A stretch of DNA of 64,000 bases from Eukaryota sp. TZLM1-RC (taxonomy: Eukaryota; Protista; Metamonada: BaSk clade): assembly GCA_040285825.1 (NCBI GenBank), contig JAUPSS010000009.1, forward strand, positions 1 to 64,000, given 5' to 3'. Below, one piece after another: positions 13,447 through 22,961 of this stretch. The notes under the pieces were generated by a model, which saw nothing but the letters and a program-made list of their open reading frames with translations, was not told the DNA's origin and searched no databases. The stretch's first letter is position 1, and each line of letters starts with the position of its first letter. A program made the position numbers and the translations under genes.

Positions 13447-13856
13447 AGTAAATCGTATCAAAAACGATACTGTTACACTTACAGCAATGGTTTTATTAGT
13501 TTGCAACATTCAATTGTATACTTTTTGATTTTTTACTATTTTTACAATTTAATGTTTAAAAATTAATAAACTCAATTAATTCAAATATATACAAAATCAA
13601 TTGAAAATGTAATCATGAGTTTGTACTGATCAAGTAACACATAGCCAACATTACTCACACACAATTTCACACAAAATTTGATCACAAGTTGATCACATCT
13701 AGTACATAAAGACTACATGCAACTCACCTAATCACCAATGACCATTCAACCAATCATACCAATGACTACTCAAATGACCATAGCACGGACTTCAACACCA
13801 CAATTGTTATAATAATTGTCCCAAAATGGACTTTAAAGATTTGACCAATGATTGTA
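13447..13856. repeat. Single partial (~410 bp) unit of the 460-bp satellite
   Basis: AGTAAATCGTATCAAAAACG...TTTGACCAATGATTG is collinear with the array units. Confidence 0.95.
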
Positions 13857-14057
13857 TTGTATGATATTCAGGAAATTTTGAATTCAACTCAAAAATTCTC
13901 ACAGTAGACGTACCCATTAATTAAAATATAAAATGTGAATGAATAACTGAAAACCATAGTAGAAAATGTGTTACTCTTTATTTATGACAAGAAAACTGTC
14001 ACAATGGGTATAGCTGAACATGAATATTTGAAAAAGTACATTCTGAAAGCAAAAACA

Positions 14058-17000
14058 TTATTGAGAAATTTTTTCTTCCAGATCTTTATATTGATCACTC
14101 AAAATTTCAAAAGCTCTAAGGACAATGTTCCTCATTGCTTGAGCATTATCAATTACCCAATGATTTTGTGGCAAGGGACTGTTGAATGTAACTGCATTGT
14201 TGACAATTAGGTCAAGATCTTCTTCTACTTCTTTTCGACATTTATATTTTTTTTGTTGAGCTTTTTGGAGCACTTCATTAAGAGAAAAAGGCTTTTTAAC
14301 AAAGTGCCTATAGGTTGGAAAGTCCCTAGCAGAGGGTTTTTTCAAGAAATGAAGAGCACAATCGTATTTAGAAACTTCATCAATCAAATTAGCAATCATT
14401 TTATTAAGTGATTCCTTCGCTTGAATCTTGACATCAGTCTCCATTTGCCTGAAAGAAAGAATATGCCGAGTGTCTTTGGGTGGTTGTGGTAAAGGTACAA
14501 CTGTTGCAGATTCCACAGGATCATTAGGAGTAATGTTTCGTTCCTTACACCAATGTTCGTGGTACTGAGGAGAGCATACCCTCTCAAATCTAGCTAAAGT
14601 CTTGTCATTGTCAGGTAATAGAACAATCTCATGCATTCTGGTCCAAAGCATATCTATTTGGAATAAAACATCATTATACCAGTCTTTCTTGGAATTATAT
14701 AAATGTGCATTGTGAACCATGAGCCGGACATCGTCAATAAACCCTTGGCGGTCTTTGTATTCATCACGAGTGGATTTTAAAATCATTTTTTCAATCCAAA
14801 AAGGTTGTTTAATGATCTTTTTGTAGTCCCAAAACAAAGAATAGTCTGGTTCAACTAAGAAAATAAACAGTGGTCCAAAACTTGGTAACTTTGCAATAAC
14901 TTTTTGTTTTAAACTGACAAGTTGGTCGTGAAGAAACTTATTCAACTCTACTCTGGCCCCCACATCTGTCATTCTCTTTCTACTTGAACGATCCCTTATT
15001 TGAATCACTTCTTCTTCTTCTTGTGCCTTTTCTCTTCTTGATATTTTGGAAGGTGGGGCCGCAGACCTCACTGGTTTTCTTGCAGAGGGTGGAGGTAAAG
15101 GAATTTCCTTGGGAGCTCTCCTTTTCCGAACTTTCCCAGCAAGTTCATCGTGCAAGTTTCTAAGTTTGGATTTGAGAGTCTTTGCTCTACGTATGAGAGA
15201 GTCGGCGTCTTTAGGATTGATCACATACTCAACCAAATATTCGTCACGATCTTTGAGTTTTTCAATTCTCTTTACCACATCTCTCTTCAAAGCAGGCAAA
15301 TTTCGATCCAAATCAGGTCGTAAATGTGCGGTTCTAAGTTTTTTAATACTACCATCACTTTGCTTCTCTTCAACTATTGGCAAATGTTGATACATGTGCA
15401 CTCTATCTTCTGTATCTTCGCTAGATCCCATAAGAGCGGCAGAACGGTCAATAGAAGTCCTGCGAAATGTCGACAATGATGTGTCCATGTCAGTAACTGC
15501 AATGTTTGGCATTGATCCCCTTCTGCTCTCCAATAGACCACTTTCCTCCTCAGAATGTTCACTCTTGACATCATCATCCATGTCGTCATCAGCCAAGTCA
15601 TCGAAAAAGTTATCTTGGTCATCAACTCCGTCAACCTCCTCACTGATTGGTGATCCAAAGTAGTAATGAGGAGGAGTAAATCTTGTACTGGGGAAGTTAT
15701 CATTGGGGACCACTGACAACTGGTCAATCAAAGATGACGTGAGCTTGGCTGCCTTGATTTTGAGAGTATGTTCAGTTTGTCTCAGCGTTACTTTATCGTT
15801 TCTTGCGTATAATAGTATATCTGGATCAGTACATCCTTCAGATGCAGCTTTAGTGGCCATTTTCCTCAACTTATCAACACGTTGCCATCTATCCAATTCT
15901 ATGATCTCAGCATCAACAACCCCAAGACGAAGGAGAAGTTGCCTAGATCGTTCAGGGGGTACCTTTCTTAAATCAGCATCTGTTCCAGTAACGACTCTGG
16001 TTTTAGGTTCTTCTTCTCTTCTATGAGCCCTGGAATCTGGCTTTTGGGGTAGTCGAATGTAAGTAAATAAACCCAAAGCAGGAACATCATCAGGTACTGC
16101 TAAGAGACCTTTAGAATTATAGTAAGTTGAAACAAAGGCTGATGTGTGCTTCCAAGGAAGCCTAGCCATTAAACCATCAACGACTCTTCCGAGAGCTCTA
16201 GCTTTGGGACTCATTCCAGTCCGTTGACCCGCTTGTTTAATCGTGGTGGGGGCGTTTTTAAATCTATGAAACTTTAAATCTTGAATAAACAATTCCCCAT
16301 AAACTCGAGCTTCTTGCTTGACAACGGCTTCCGGTGTCACTCGCTGTCGAAGTTGGTCTTCGCTAGGAAGCGAAACATCTGGTCTTTTTTTGTAATAAGA
16401 ATTAGACTCATAAACACACAATTCTTTAAGAGCTTTTTTAATATTTTGCTCGGTAAATCTGGAAAAAATACCTTCAAGCTGAGGTTTGTACAGCCTATTC
16501 GACTTGGCTAACAACCTAGATATACCAACAAATAGTCTGTCTCTAACAAATTGCTTATCTGAATTAGTGTCTGGTCCATAAACTTCGACTTTAGGTTGTT
16601 GTTGTCCAGCGACAAATACACCCTGCTCAATCTTTCTTAAATATACTTTACTAGGTTCTTCTTTCTTTTGACTTTTGGAGACCACAAGCAAATAATCACG
16701 TGATCCTGCAGGAGTGGACACTCTTTGATTATTCACAACAGCTGTGGAGAGATTATCCTCCAATACCATCAACTTTTCTTTTCTATGCTTTTCCAACTGT
16801 GGATCATTCTCCAAAACAGATCCGCCCAATAAATTAGGACTCTTTCCTTCTGGAACTAAAGTAACTATGCCATGAGGTTCATCTATAGGGTGTTCAGGGG
16901 GCTCTTTCCTGTAAACAACCAACCTTACAGCCATTCCAAAATTCCGGAGTAAGGGAGGAATCTCCTCAGTATGTTCAACCAAAACAAGATCACCTTCAGA

Positions 17001-17993
17001 ACAACTCAGATCTGAAGGTTTACTGAAAGCTTCAATGGGTACAACGTAATCAGACTGTCTGGTTGAGGCGTCTTCATCGGGGATTTGAGGTGAATAAACC
17101 ACCTTTGAAAATTTATTAAAAGAAAGTTGTGATTTGTTAGATAACCTTGGTCTATGCCACCTTCTGCAAACGTGATCAGGTAGAGAAGGGTAAGTGTATT
17201 TTAACTTTAGTGTTGGTTCAGGGTGATGAACAACCACTTCACCAAAACCCCGATGTAATGAATCAAAGGTGGCTCTTCTGTGGGTGGGAATAGACTCTAA
17301 TCCCATTTCCATTTGTTCTTCTTCCTGTGTTTGTTTGGGATGTGCTTTTTTCTTCAATAAAGGCTTTTTTGAAACTTTGTGTAAAATTATATTAGCATCA
17401 TTAAGATTAATAAATAATTTAAACCCAATTGATTTGGGAATTGTAGTAAATCCTGAAGGCAAAAGGTCTGTTAAATTGCGACATTCCGAAGGCGGTTTTG
17501 GTGGTATTATTATCGAATTAGAAAACCTTGAACTGCCAACAATAAGTGCACTCCAATCTATTGGTAATTTCGGGGCCTTAAACTTGATTGGTTGGGTTTG
17601 AGGAACCGAAGGTGGGGAAACGGAGGTAGATGTGGTGAACATAGGTGCACACAGTAGAGTAGAAGCCGAGGGGAGAGAGGGAATACGAGGTGAGAGATAA
17701 CCGGGTATGACTGGCGATCTCTCCAATGGAAGTATACCTGGTGAAGTTGATGGTAAAATGTGTAAGATCTTGCTCCATTTAGGAAAGGGGTCTTTTAGAT
17801 TTACATTCATAAGATGATTAGTGACATCATCTGCAGTTGGTTTATATGGAGGAAGAGTAAACTGTCTAGATTTAATACCAGGGCGTAACTGGGATGGTTC
17901 AGAGTCTTCGATGTCTTCCTGATCAGATTGTTGCCCATCGAAAGTAAAATCTTCTGATATAAGACCAGGTGGGATACCAATTAAACCATCCAT
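14058..17993 (-). CDS. TAF1: Transcription initiation factor TFIID subunit 1 (DUF3591 core + tandem bromodomains)
   Basis: RWHRP, DLSCSEGDLVLVEHTEEIPPLLRNFGM, GQQQPKVEVYGP, VTGTDADLRK and RWQRVDKLRKM are TAF1 core motifs. Two C-terminal bromodomains (DYKKIIKQP...NAHLYN; TYRHFVKKP...NAVTFN). First ATG at 17993; the ORF track starts at TTG 18044. Confidence 0.93.
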   Translation of the reverse strand: MDGLIGIPPGLISEDFTFDGQQSDQEDIEDSEPSQLRPGIKSRQFTLPPYKPTADDVTNHLMNVNLKDPFPKWSKILHILPSTSPGILPLERSPVIPGYLSPRIPSLPSASTLLCAPMFTTSTSVSPPSVPQTQPIKFKAPKLPIDWSALIVGSSRFSNSIIIPPKPPSECRNLTDLLPSGFTTIPKSIGFKLFINLNDANIILHKVSKKPLLKKKAHPKQTQEEEQMEMGLESIPTHRRATFDSLHRGFGEVVVHHPEPTLKLKYTYPSLPDHVCRRWHRPRLSNKSQLSFNKFSKVVYSPQIPDEDASTRQSDYVVPIEAFSKPSDLSCSEGDLVLVEHTEEIPPLLRNFGMAVRLVVYRKEPPEHPIDEPHGIVTLVPEGKSPNLLGGSVLENDPQLEKHRKEKLMVLEDNLSTAVVNNQRVSTPAGSRDYLLVVSKSQKKEEPSKVYLRKIEQGVFVAGQQQPKVEVYGPDTNSDKQFVRDRLFVGISRLLAKSNRLYKPQLEGIFSRFTEQNIKKALKELCVYESNSYYKKRPDVSLPSEDQLRQRVTPEAVVKQEARVYGELFIQDLKFHRFKNAPTTIKQAGQRTGMSPKARALGRVVDGLMARLPWKHTSAFVSTYYNSKGLLAVPDDVPALGLFTYIRLPQKPDSRAHRREEEPKTRVVTGTDADLRKVPPERSRQLLLRLGVVDAEIIELDRWQRVDKLRKMATKAASEGCTDPDILLYARNDKVTLRQTEHTLKIKAAKLTSSLIDQLSVVPNDNFPSTRFTPPHYYFGSPISEEVDGVDDQDNFFDDLADDDMDDDVKSEHSEEESGLLESRRGSMPNIAVTDMDTSLSTFRRTSIDRSAALMGSSEDTEDRVHMYQHLPIVEEKQSDGSIKKLRTAHLRPDLDRNLPALKRDVVKRIEKLKDRDEYLVEYVINPKDADSLIRRAKTLKSKLRNLHDELAGKVRKRRAPKEIPLPPPSARKPVRSAAPPSKISRREKAQEEEEVIQIRDRSSRKRMTDVGARVELNKFLHDQLVSLKQKVIAKLPSFGPLFIFLVEPDYSLFWDYKKIIKQPFWIEKMILKSTRDEYKDRQGFIDDVRLMVHNAHLYNSKKDWYNDVLFQIDMLWTRMHEIVLLPDNDKTLARFERVCSPQYHEHWCKERNITPNDPVESATVVPLPQPPKDTRHILSFRQMETDVKIQAKESLNKMIANLIDEVSKYDCALHFLKKPSARDFPTYRHFVKKPFSLNEVLQKAQQKKYKCRKEVEEDLDLIVNNAVTFNSPLPQNHWVIDNAQAMRNIVLRAFEILSDQYKDLEEKISQ

Positions 17994-18479
17994 CAAGCTG
18001 GAATATAAATTTATTGTGGGAAATTCTATTTTCGGGTCTTGCAATTAAACTTTTACCAATAAATTTTGCTAAACTTGTGCCATCTTCCAATTTGCTAAAC
18101 TTGTACTGAAAATGTCTAACCTTGTACCATATCAACTTAGACTCTTTATAACAACTCAAACTACTAGAACACTTCAGATAGTCTCTCATGCTATGTTCTT
18201 GTCATGCTTCTGATTCTTTGGACAATCCTTTTTTTGCAGCAGGAACATCGGAAATACACGAATACACCAGGTTTATGAGCATATAAGTAAAAAGCAAAGC
18301 CTTGTTCTTTACTCTATCTTTTCCAAGATTCCAAGAGCGTCCTGAAGGAAGAACTTTTTTGCAGGGGCGTGTCATCATTCACTCTAGCAATATTGCATTC
18401 AAAATGTTGTATCATGATAAAAATTTAGAATGTACAAGTTTAGCATGACCCTCTATTTTCGTGTGGAATAATTACAAAA

Positions 18480-20600
18480 ACTATCTACTACACAGATACT
18501 AAGGCCTTTCATTACCACTCATTCTGGCTTTAGCAATTGGAAACATATTCAGACAATGCAGCCTATTTCTATTGAAAAGCTTTTTTGAGCCTTTAATACT
18601 GAGTTTACAATTGTCACTGTTACAAGCTAATAAACCACGACACGTTGTATCAGGAGTCTTTTCTCTTCTATACAATCTGGGATTTGTTACTCTCAAAAAC
18701 GTAGCAACCTTTTCAAAAAACAGGACATTTTGCTGAAATGAAAGCTTCATTAATCATCAATACTTCAAATTCATTTCTTTTCAGAAATTGAGTCCATCCA
18801 ATGCCTTGAGTAGGTCCCTGGTGTTTCAAGTTCTTGGAACCTTTTTTACCATAATCATAAATTAGTATTTAAGTGTCTTTTGGGTTGCCAAAATTCTGAA
18901 CAAGGCTTTTTAACAACCAACTTTCAGTCTTCTGCTTGCGAATAAAAGCTTGCATTTAATGAATGCTCCACAAGTCAAGACTGTAAAAGTCAACTGTCAA
19001 AAAAAAACTTGCCGAAGTTTGGCAACCACAAAGTTGGAAAAATCTATAAAAGTTGCTGAAGTGGCAGCAAACGCAGATAATTCGGTGTTTGCCTTCGATT
19101 GTTATTTCATTAGACTCTATCTTTTGGTCCCGGCCGTAATCTACCTCAGTATAATTTGTCGCCCATCGTTTTTGCTTTTCATTCATCCTACTTTTCAAAG
19201 ACCAGGACATCTGAGTCATTCTCAACCATTTGTACTTCTTGTCTTGATTCATCACCCGACAATTCCTTTGCTGTTCAGTTTCATGTTCAGGCACCATGGC
19301 TAGTTCTTCATCAGTCTTTTTACTCCCAAAATACAATAAATGACGTTTTCCAGAATCACAAACAACAATTCGTTTGTCTTGAAAAGTGTCAACATCAAAA
19401 TCATCAATATATAAATCTGAAATACTAGCCTTTTTGTCTGGCTTACATTTCTGACCTTGTAAATCCCGACGAACAAATTCTTCTGTAATATTAAATCCAT
19501 CTGTGTGGATAATGCTGTTGAATTTATAGCTCTTCTGTTTAAACATTGGTTGGTTTAAATAGAGAATTAAACCAAAAGTCAAATTGCTCAGGTGGTTTGA
19601 ATTTCGTAATTTGGGCTTGTGTATTGACCATTTTTAATCTCTGATCAGGCAACAAATCGTCCATCAATGTTTGTCTAATAATTGTGAATATTGTTCTTGT
19701 ATCAATAGGAAAATATCCAGCGCCTACGGTGGTTGAAACAGGAGAAATATGATAAGGTTTTTTCTCTCTACTGGAGATATATTGGGCAATTGTAATTGCT
19801 GGCTTTAGGAATATTTGAGGATCTTTTTCAACAGCGTCTGCAAGAAAATGTATATACACTGGAAATATGTTATCAGATAAATTCTCGTTAGTGACCAAAT
19901 TCTCAATTTGACAAGTGAATGGCTCAATAAGACCTTCAAATATGTCTCTAAGTTCATTATTTCTTATATGATGTTGTTCAAATAAATCGAAAAATTCATC
20001 ACTCAAAAGGTCTAAAATATTTTCTGGATGATGAAACAAAGAACGCAAGCAATCTCTATCATCAACTGAACACAAATTTTTGAATTGACGAAGTCTAAAT
20101 CTATATAGTGAAATAATTGTAGATAATGGCGTTGAGTACCCACCCAGCTTGTGCATTTCTGCTAACACACTTTCCACATCTGGTTTGTCAAAGTAAACAT
20201 TAATAATTGTCAAAATTGGCAAACATTACTGGTGCCATATACTCAGATAGTCTACTGAAACCATAAGTTGGAAATCGTGGAAACTGTTCAGGCTTGTGTC
20301 TTAAGTGATCAAGATACCTCAATGTTCTGTTTAACTTATGTTGCTCAATGGTAGTTCTTAAAGTATAAACTCCTTCACCATAAACAAAGTCTTCAAAATC
20401 CTGTGGAAATGCACTTTTGGTTTCACCATTGTTTGCCCTTAATACTCAACTGAAATACCACAAATTCAGACCATTAATGATTCATGTAATTGGGCAGATA
20501 TTTGTATTTGTAGTCAATTAAGTTCAAATCGGGACTTTAAATACGGCTTCCAGCAACATGTATGGGTAAATTCCCGATGATGTTTCCTTTTCTTTTCATA
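18480..20600 (-). pseudogene. Degraded Fanzor1 (TnpB-like RNA-guided nuclease), family D
   Basis: Across frameshifts: YFPIDTRTI, FNSIIHTDG, LYIDD, IVVCDSGKRHLL (RuvC-I), NFGNP...GPTQGIG...INEAFISAKC (RuvC-II), NPRL...RGLLAC..C...FNRNR...LNM...NERP. The 5' limit is approximate. Confidence 0.82.
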
Positions 20601-20678
20601 AATCGTTTTATATGCCAGATTGCCTCAGTCATGTCCGTAGGGTATTTTCAATAAATTTTTTGACAAAAACCAAAGTAT

Positions 20679-21461
20679 CTAAAAGAAAAATGCCATTTTC
20701 CCTGATGACAACTTCTCTCCATCTTGGTGAAAGTTGATTGAGTACATCAATTGGTGTATCATCTCCAACAGTGGAAAATGGTAAATCAAAATAATGTAAT
20801 CTATTTTTAAAAACCTGTTTAATTCAATTATTTGTTCTTTTTGATTTGAAATTTCATTTTCGTATTCCATCATTTCCGCTTCATATTTTTCTGATAATTT
20901 TTCCAACATTTTTTGATTTTCACTTTCTGTGGTTTCACGTAACGTGATTAATTCACGCAATGTGTTGTCCATATGTTGATATTTTTGTTCGTGTTTTTGT
21001 ATTAACTTTTCATATTCCGTGATTCTATCATTTAATTCCCTTTCATAATTTTCTCGTTCATTATTAAATATTTTAATAAGTTCTAATCTACGATTTTCCA
21101 TATCATTAACAAGTGTTATTAAATCATTATATAATAATCGTTTATCCTGATATCTTTCATAGATGTGTTCAACACTTAATTCTTCCAGTGCCTCTTTATT
21201 TAAAGATGCTTGGAAATGTCCATCAGAAAAAACAAGTTTTGACCTTCTGTTTATTCCTGTAGAGCACGATAAGTGTTCCCGACTGAGGAGTTCGGGAGGA
21301 AGTACACTGCTGTTCTGTGAAGAACAGGGTGAAGGAGGAGGTGGGAACTGGGTCCGTAACCTCGTTATCCTTTTTCTCTTTCGCTGCCTGATGTTAGAAG
21401 ATTGGAAAGAGTCAAGATAATCTCGCTGTCTGACACGATGTCTGACATGCTGATTGCTCAT
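20679..21461 (-). CDS. Hypothetical coiled-coil ORF, possibly the N-terminal part or cargo of the adjacent family-D element
   Basis: 260-aa ORF with a basic stretch, a Pro/Ser linker and an E/K/N-rich coiled coil. No recognised domain. Confidence 0.4.
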   Translation of the reverse strand: MSNQHVRHRVRQRDYLDSFQSSNIRQRKRKRITRLRTQFPPPPSPCSSQNSSVLPPELLSREHLSCSTGINRRSKLVFSDGHFQASLNKEALEELSVEHIYERYQDKRLLYNDLITLVNDMENRRLELIKIFNNERENYERELNDRITEYEKLIQKHEQKYQHMDNTLRELITLRETTESENQKMLEKLSEKYEAEMMEYENEISNQKEQIIELNRFLKIDYIILIYHFPLLEMIHQLMYSINFHQDGEKLSSGKMAFFF

Positions 21462-21691
21462 TTCCACAATGGTATCAAATGATTATCCACTGTTCCTTTT
21501 TTGGTGGTCATCAACATCAGCTCGATTTACCCTCTAGCTGTTCTGGTCGTTGTTACTCCGTCTAAACTCTATGTTTTTTTCCAGTTTCCTCCTCCTTCCT
21601 TTACCTCTTGTCCTCTTACCACTCAGCTATCTCAACAGTTCTCCTTTCCTCTCTCACTCTCTGTTTGATGAGTGGATTTAATGAAAACGGA

Positions 21692-21965
21692 TAGTGTCTA
21701 TGGTTTTCACTAGAAATGCATTCTGTACCTGAAATGTTAATTTCCAATACTTCAACCGCATCCACATGTCTAAACTCAACCATCCGGAGATGATCAGCTT
21801 AGATCAAAATATGTTGGATTTGAAGACTCTTATTGAGGTCTTCTAAAAGCTAGAAGTCTAGTTTTCAAAAAGTACTCGCTTACTGCAATCTCTCACTGGT
21901 TTCTCGATAGAGATATCTCTTGACCAAACCATCCCACATTCTGGACATGCAAAATAGGCTTTAGG
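21692..21965 (-). mobile_element. Fanzor 3'-end fragment, family C copy 1 (zinc finger/RuvC-III tail + putative omegaRNA)
   Basis: Minus strand reads KAYFACPECGMVWSRDIS...IAVSEYFLKTR..FRRPQ*, followed by ~150 nt of non-coding sequence shared with 43365-43650. Confidence 0.8.
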
Positions 21966-22561
21966 TTGTGGAATTTCTGCAATTAATTTATCACTTTTAA
22001 ACATTGATCAGAAGTCATTTGCTTACCTTTTTGTACAGCTAGGAGATAGACCTCATGATATATTTATCATTGTTTTCCAACACCCTTGTTTAAATTTTTG
22101 TTTTGTCTTGTATAGATAACTGAATATTTTTCGTTTCACAGTGGAAACTAAACAACAATCCAAGTAGGTACGTGGTGACTGAGATAAGATGAATATTTTT
22201 GATCTTATATCATATTGCAGCCACTATTGCTTCATCTAACACAAAACAACACCGGAAGTTTAATTATGCTGCTGCTGTTGTTGATCGCTATTTGTTGATT
22301 GAAAATGACTATCCCAAATTTACCAATGAGAATTATAGTGGAAAGTAGATTATTAGCAGATCTTGTAGGAATATTGGTTTGAACACATTGAGAAAGCAAA
22401 GAGTCAGTAATTTAAAATTCAGTACCAAAAATTCAGGGCTTATCAAAGGGCATAAAAATGTAGTATTTATTTAGACATTTAAAAATGTAAAAAGAACTGT
22501 ATTTGGATTTGGTAAAAAAACGAGAAAAATTAGAATAATATATAGACATAAACGTTGAAAT

Positions 22562-22931
22562 TTAAATGGCAAGGGCAAAAACATTAACAACTACACGCAT
22601 GGTAGGAGTTTCATATTGTACAATAGCAGATCCTTAAATGAGAGTGAAATATTAACACACCGTCCGTGTTAGAGTCCCAGTATGCTGAACTAGCTGTATG
22701 AAACCCAGCTCCAGATTTCTGGGTGAGAATACATGACACTATGTACTTGAAGGGTTTATTGAGTGCCGTAAGGTGCTTTAGAACGGTTTCAATGACGTCA
22801 TTTGTGTACTGGGAGACCTTGTCTGGAGTATAAACGGCTTTCGAAAGAACAGTTTCGCAAGATTCCTGAACAATGTTTTGCACCTCTTCTTGAACAAAAG
22901 CTGTCTCTTCAGAAGATCGTAATTCGTCCAT
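22562..22931 (-). CDS. DYNLT1: Dynein light chain Tctex-type 1, with one 28-nt intron (22660-22633)
   Basis: LNKPFKYIVSCILTQKSGAGFHTASSAYWDSNTDG. Removing the GT..AG intron restores SAIVQYETPTMRVVVNVFALAI*. Confidence 0.93.
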
Positions 22932-22961
22932 TAGTTACAGATGATGTCTATAACAATGAAA

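Noticed and set aside
18045-18400. Extra 5' exons of TAF1
   Set aside because: All frames contain stops and I found no convincing splice path or TAF1 similarity.
22130-22350. Possible small plus-strand gene
   Set aside because: I could not build a consistent exon chain.
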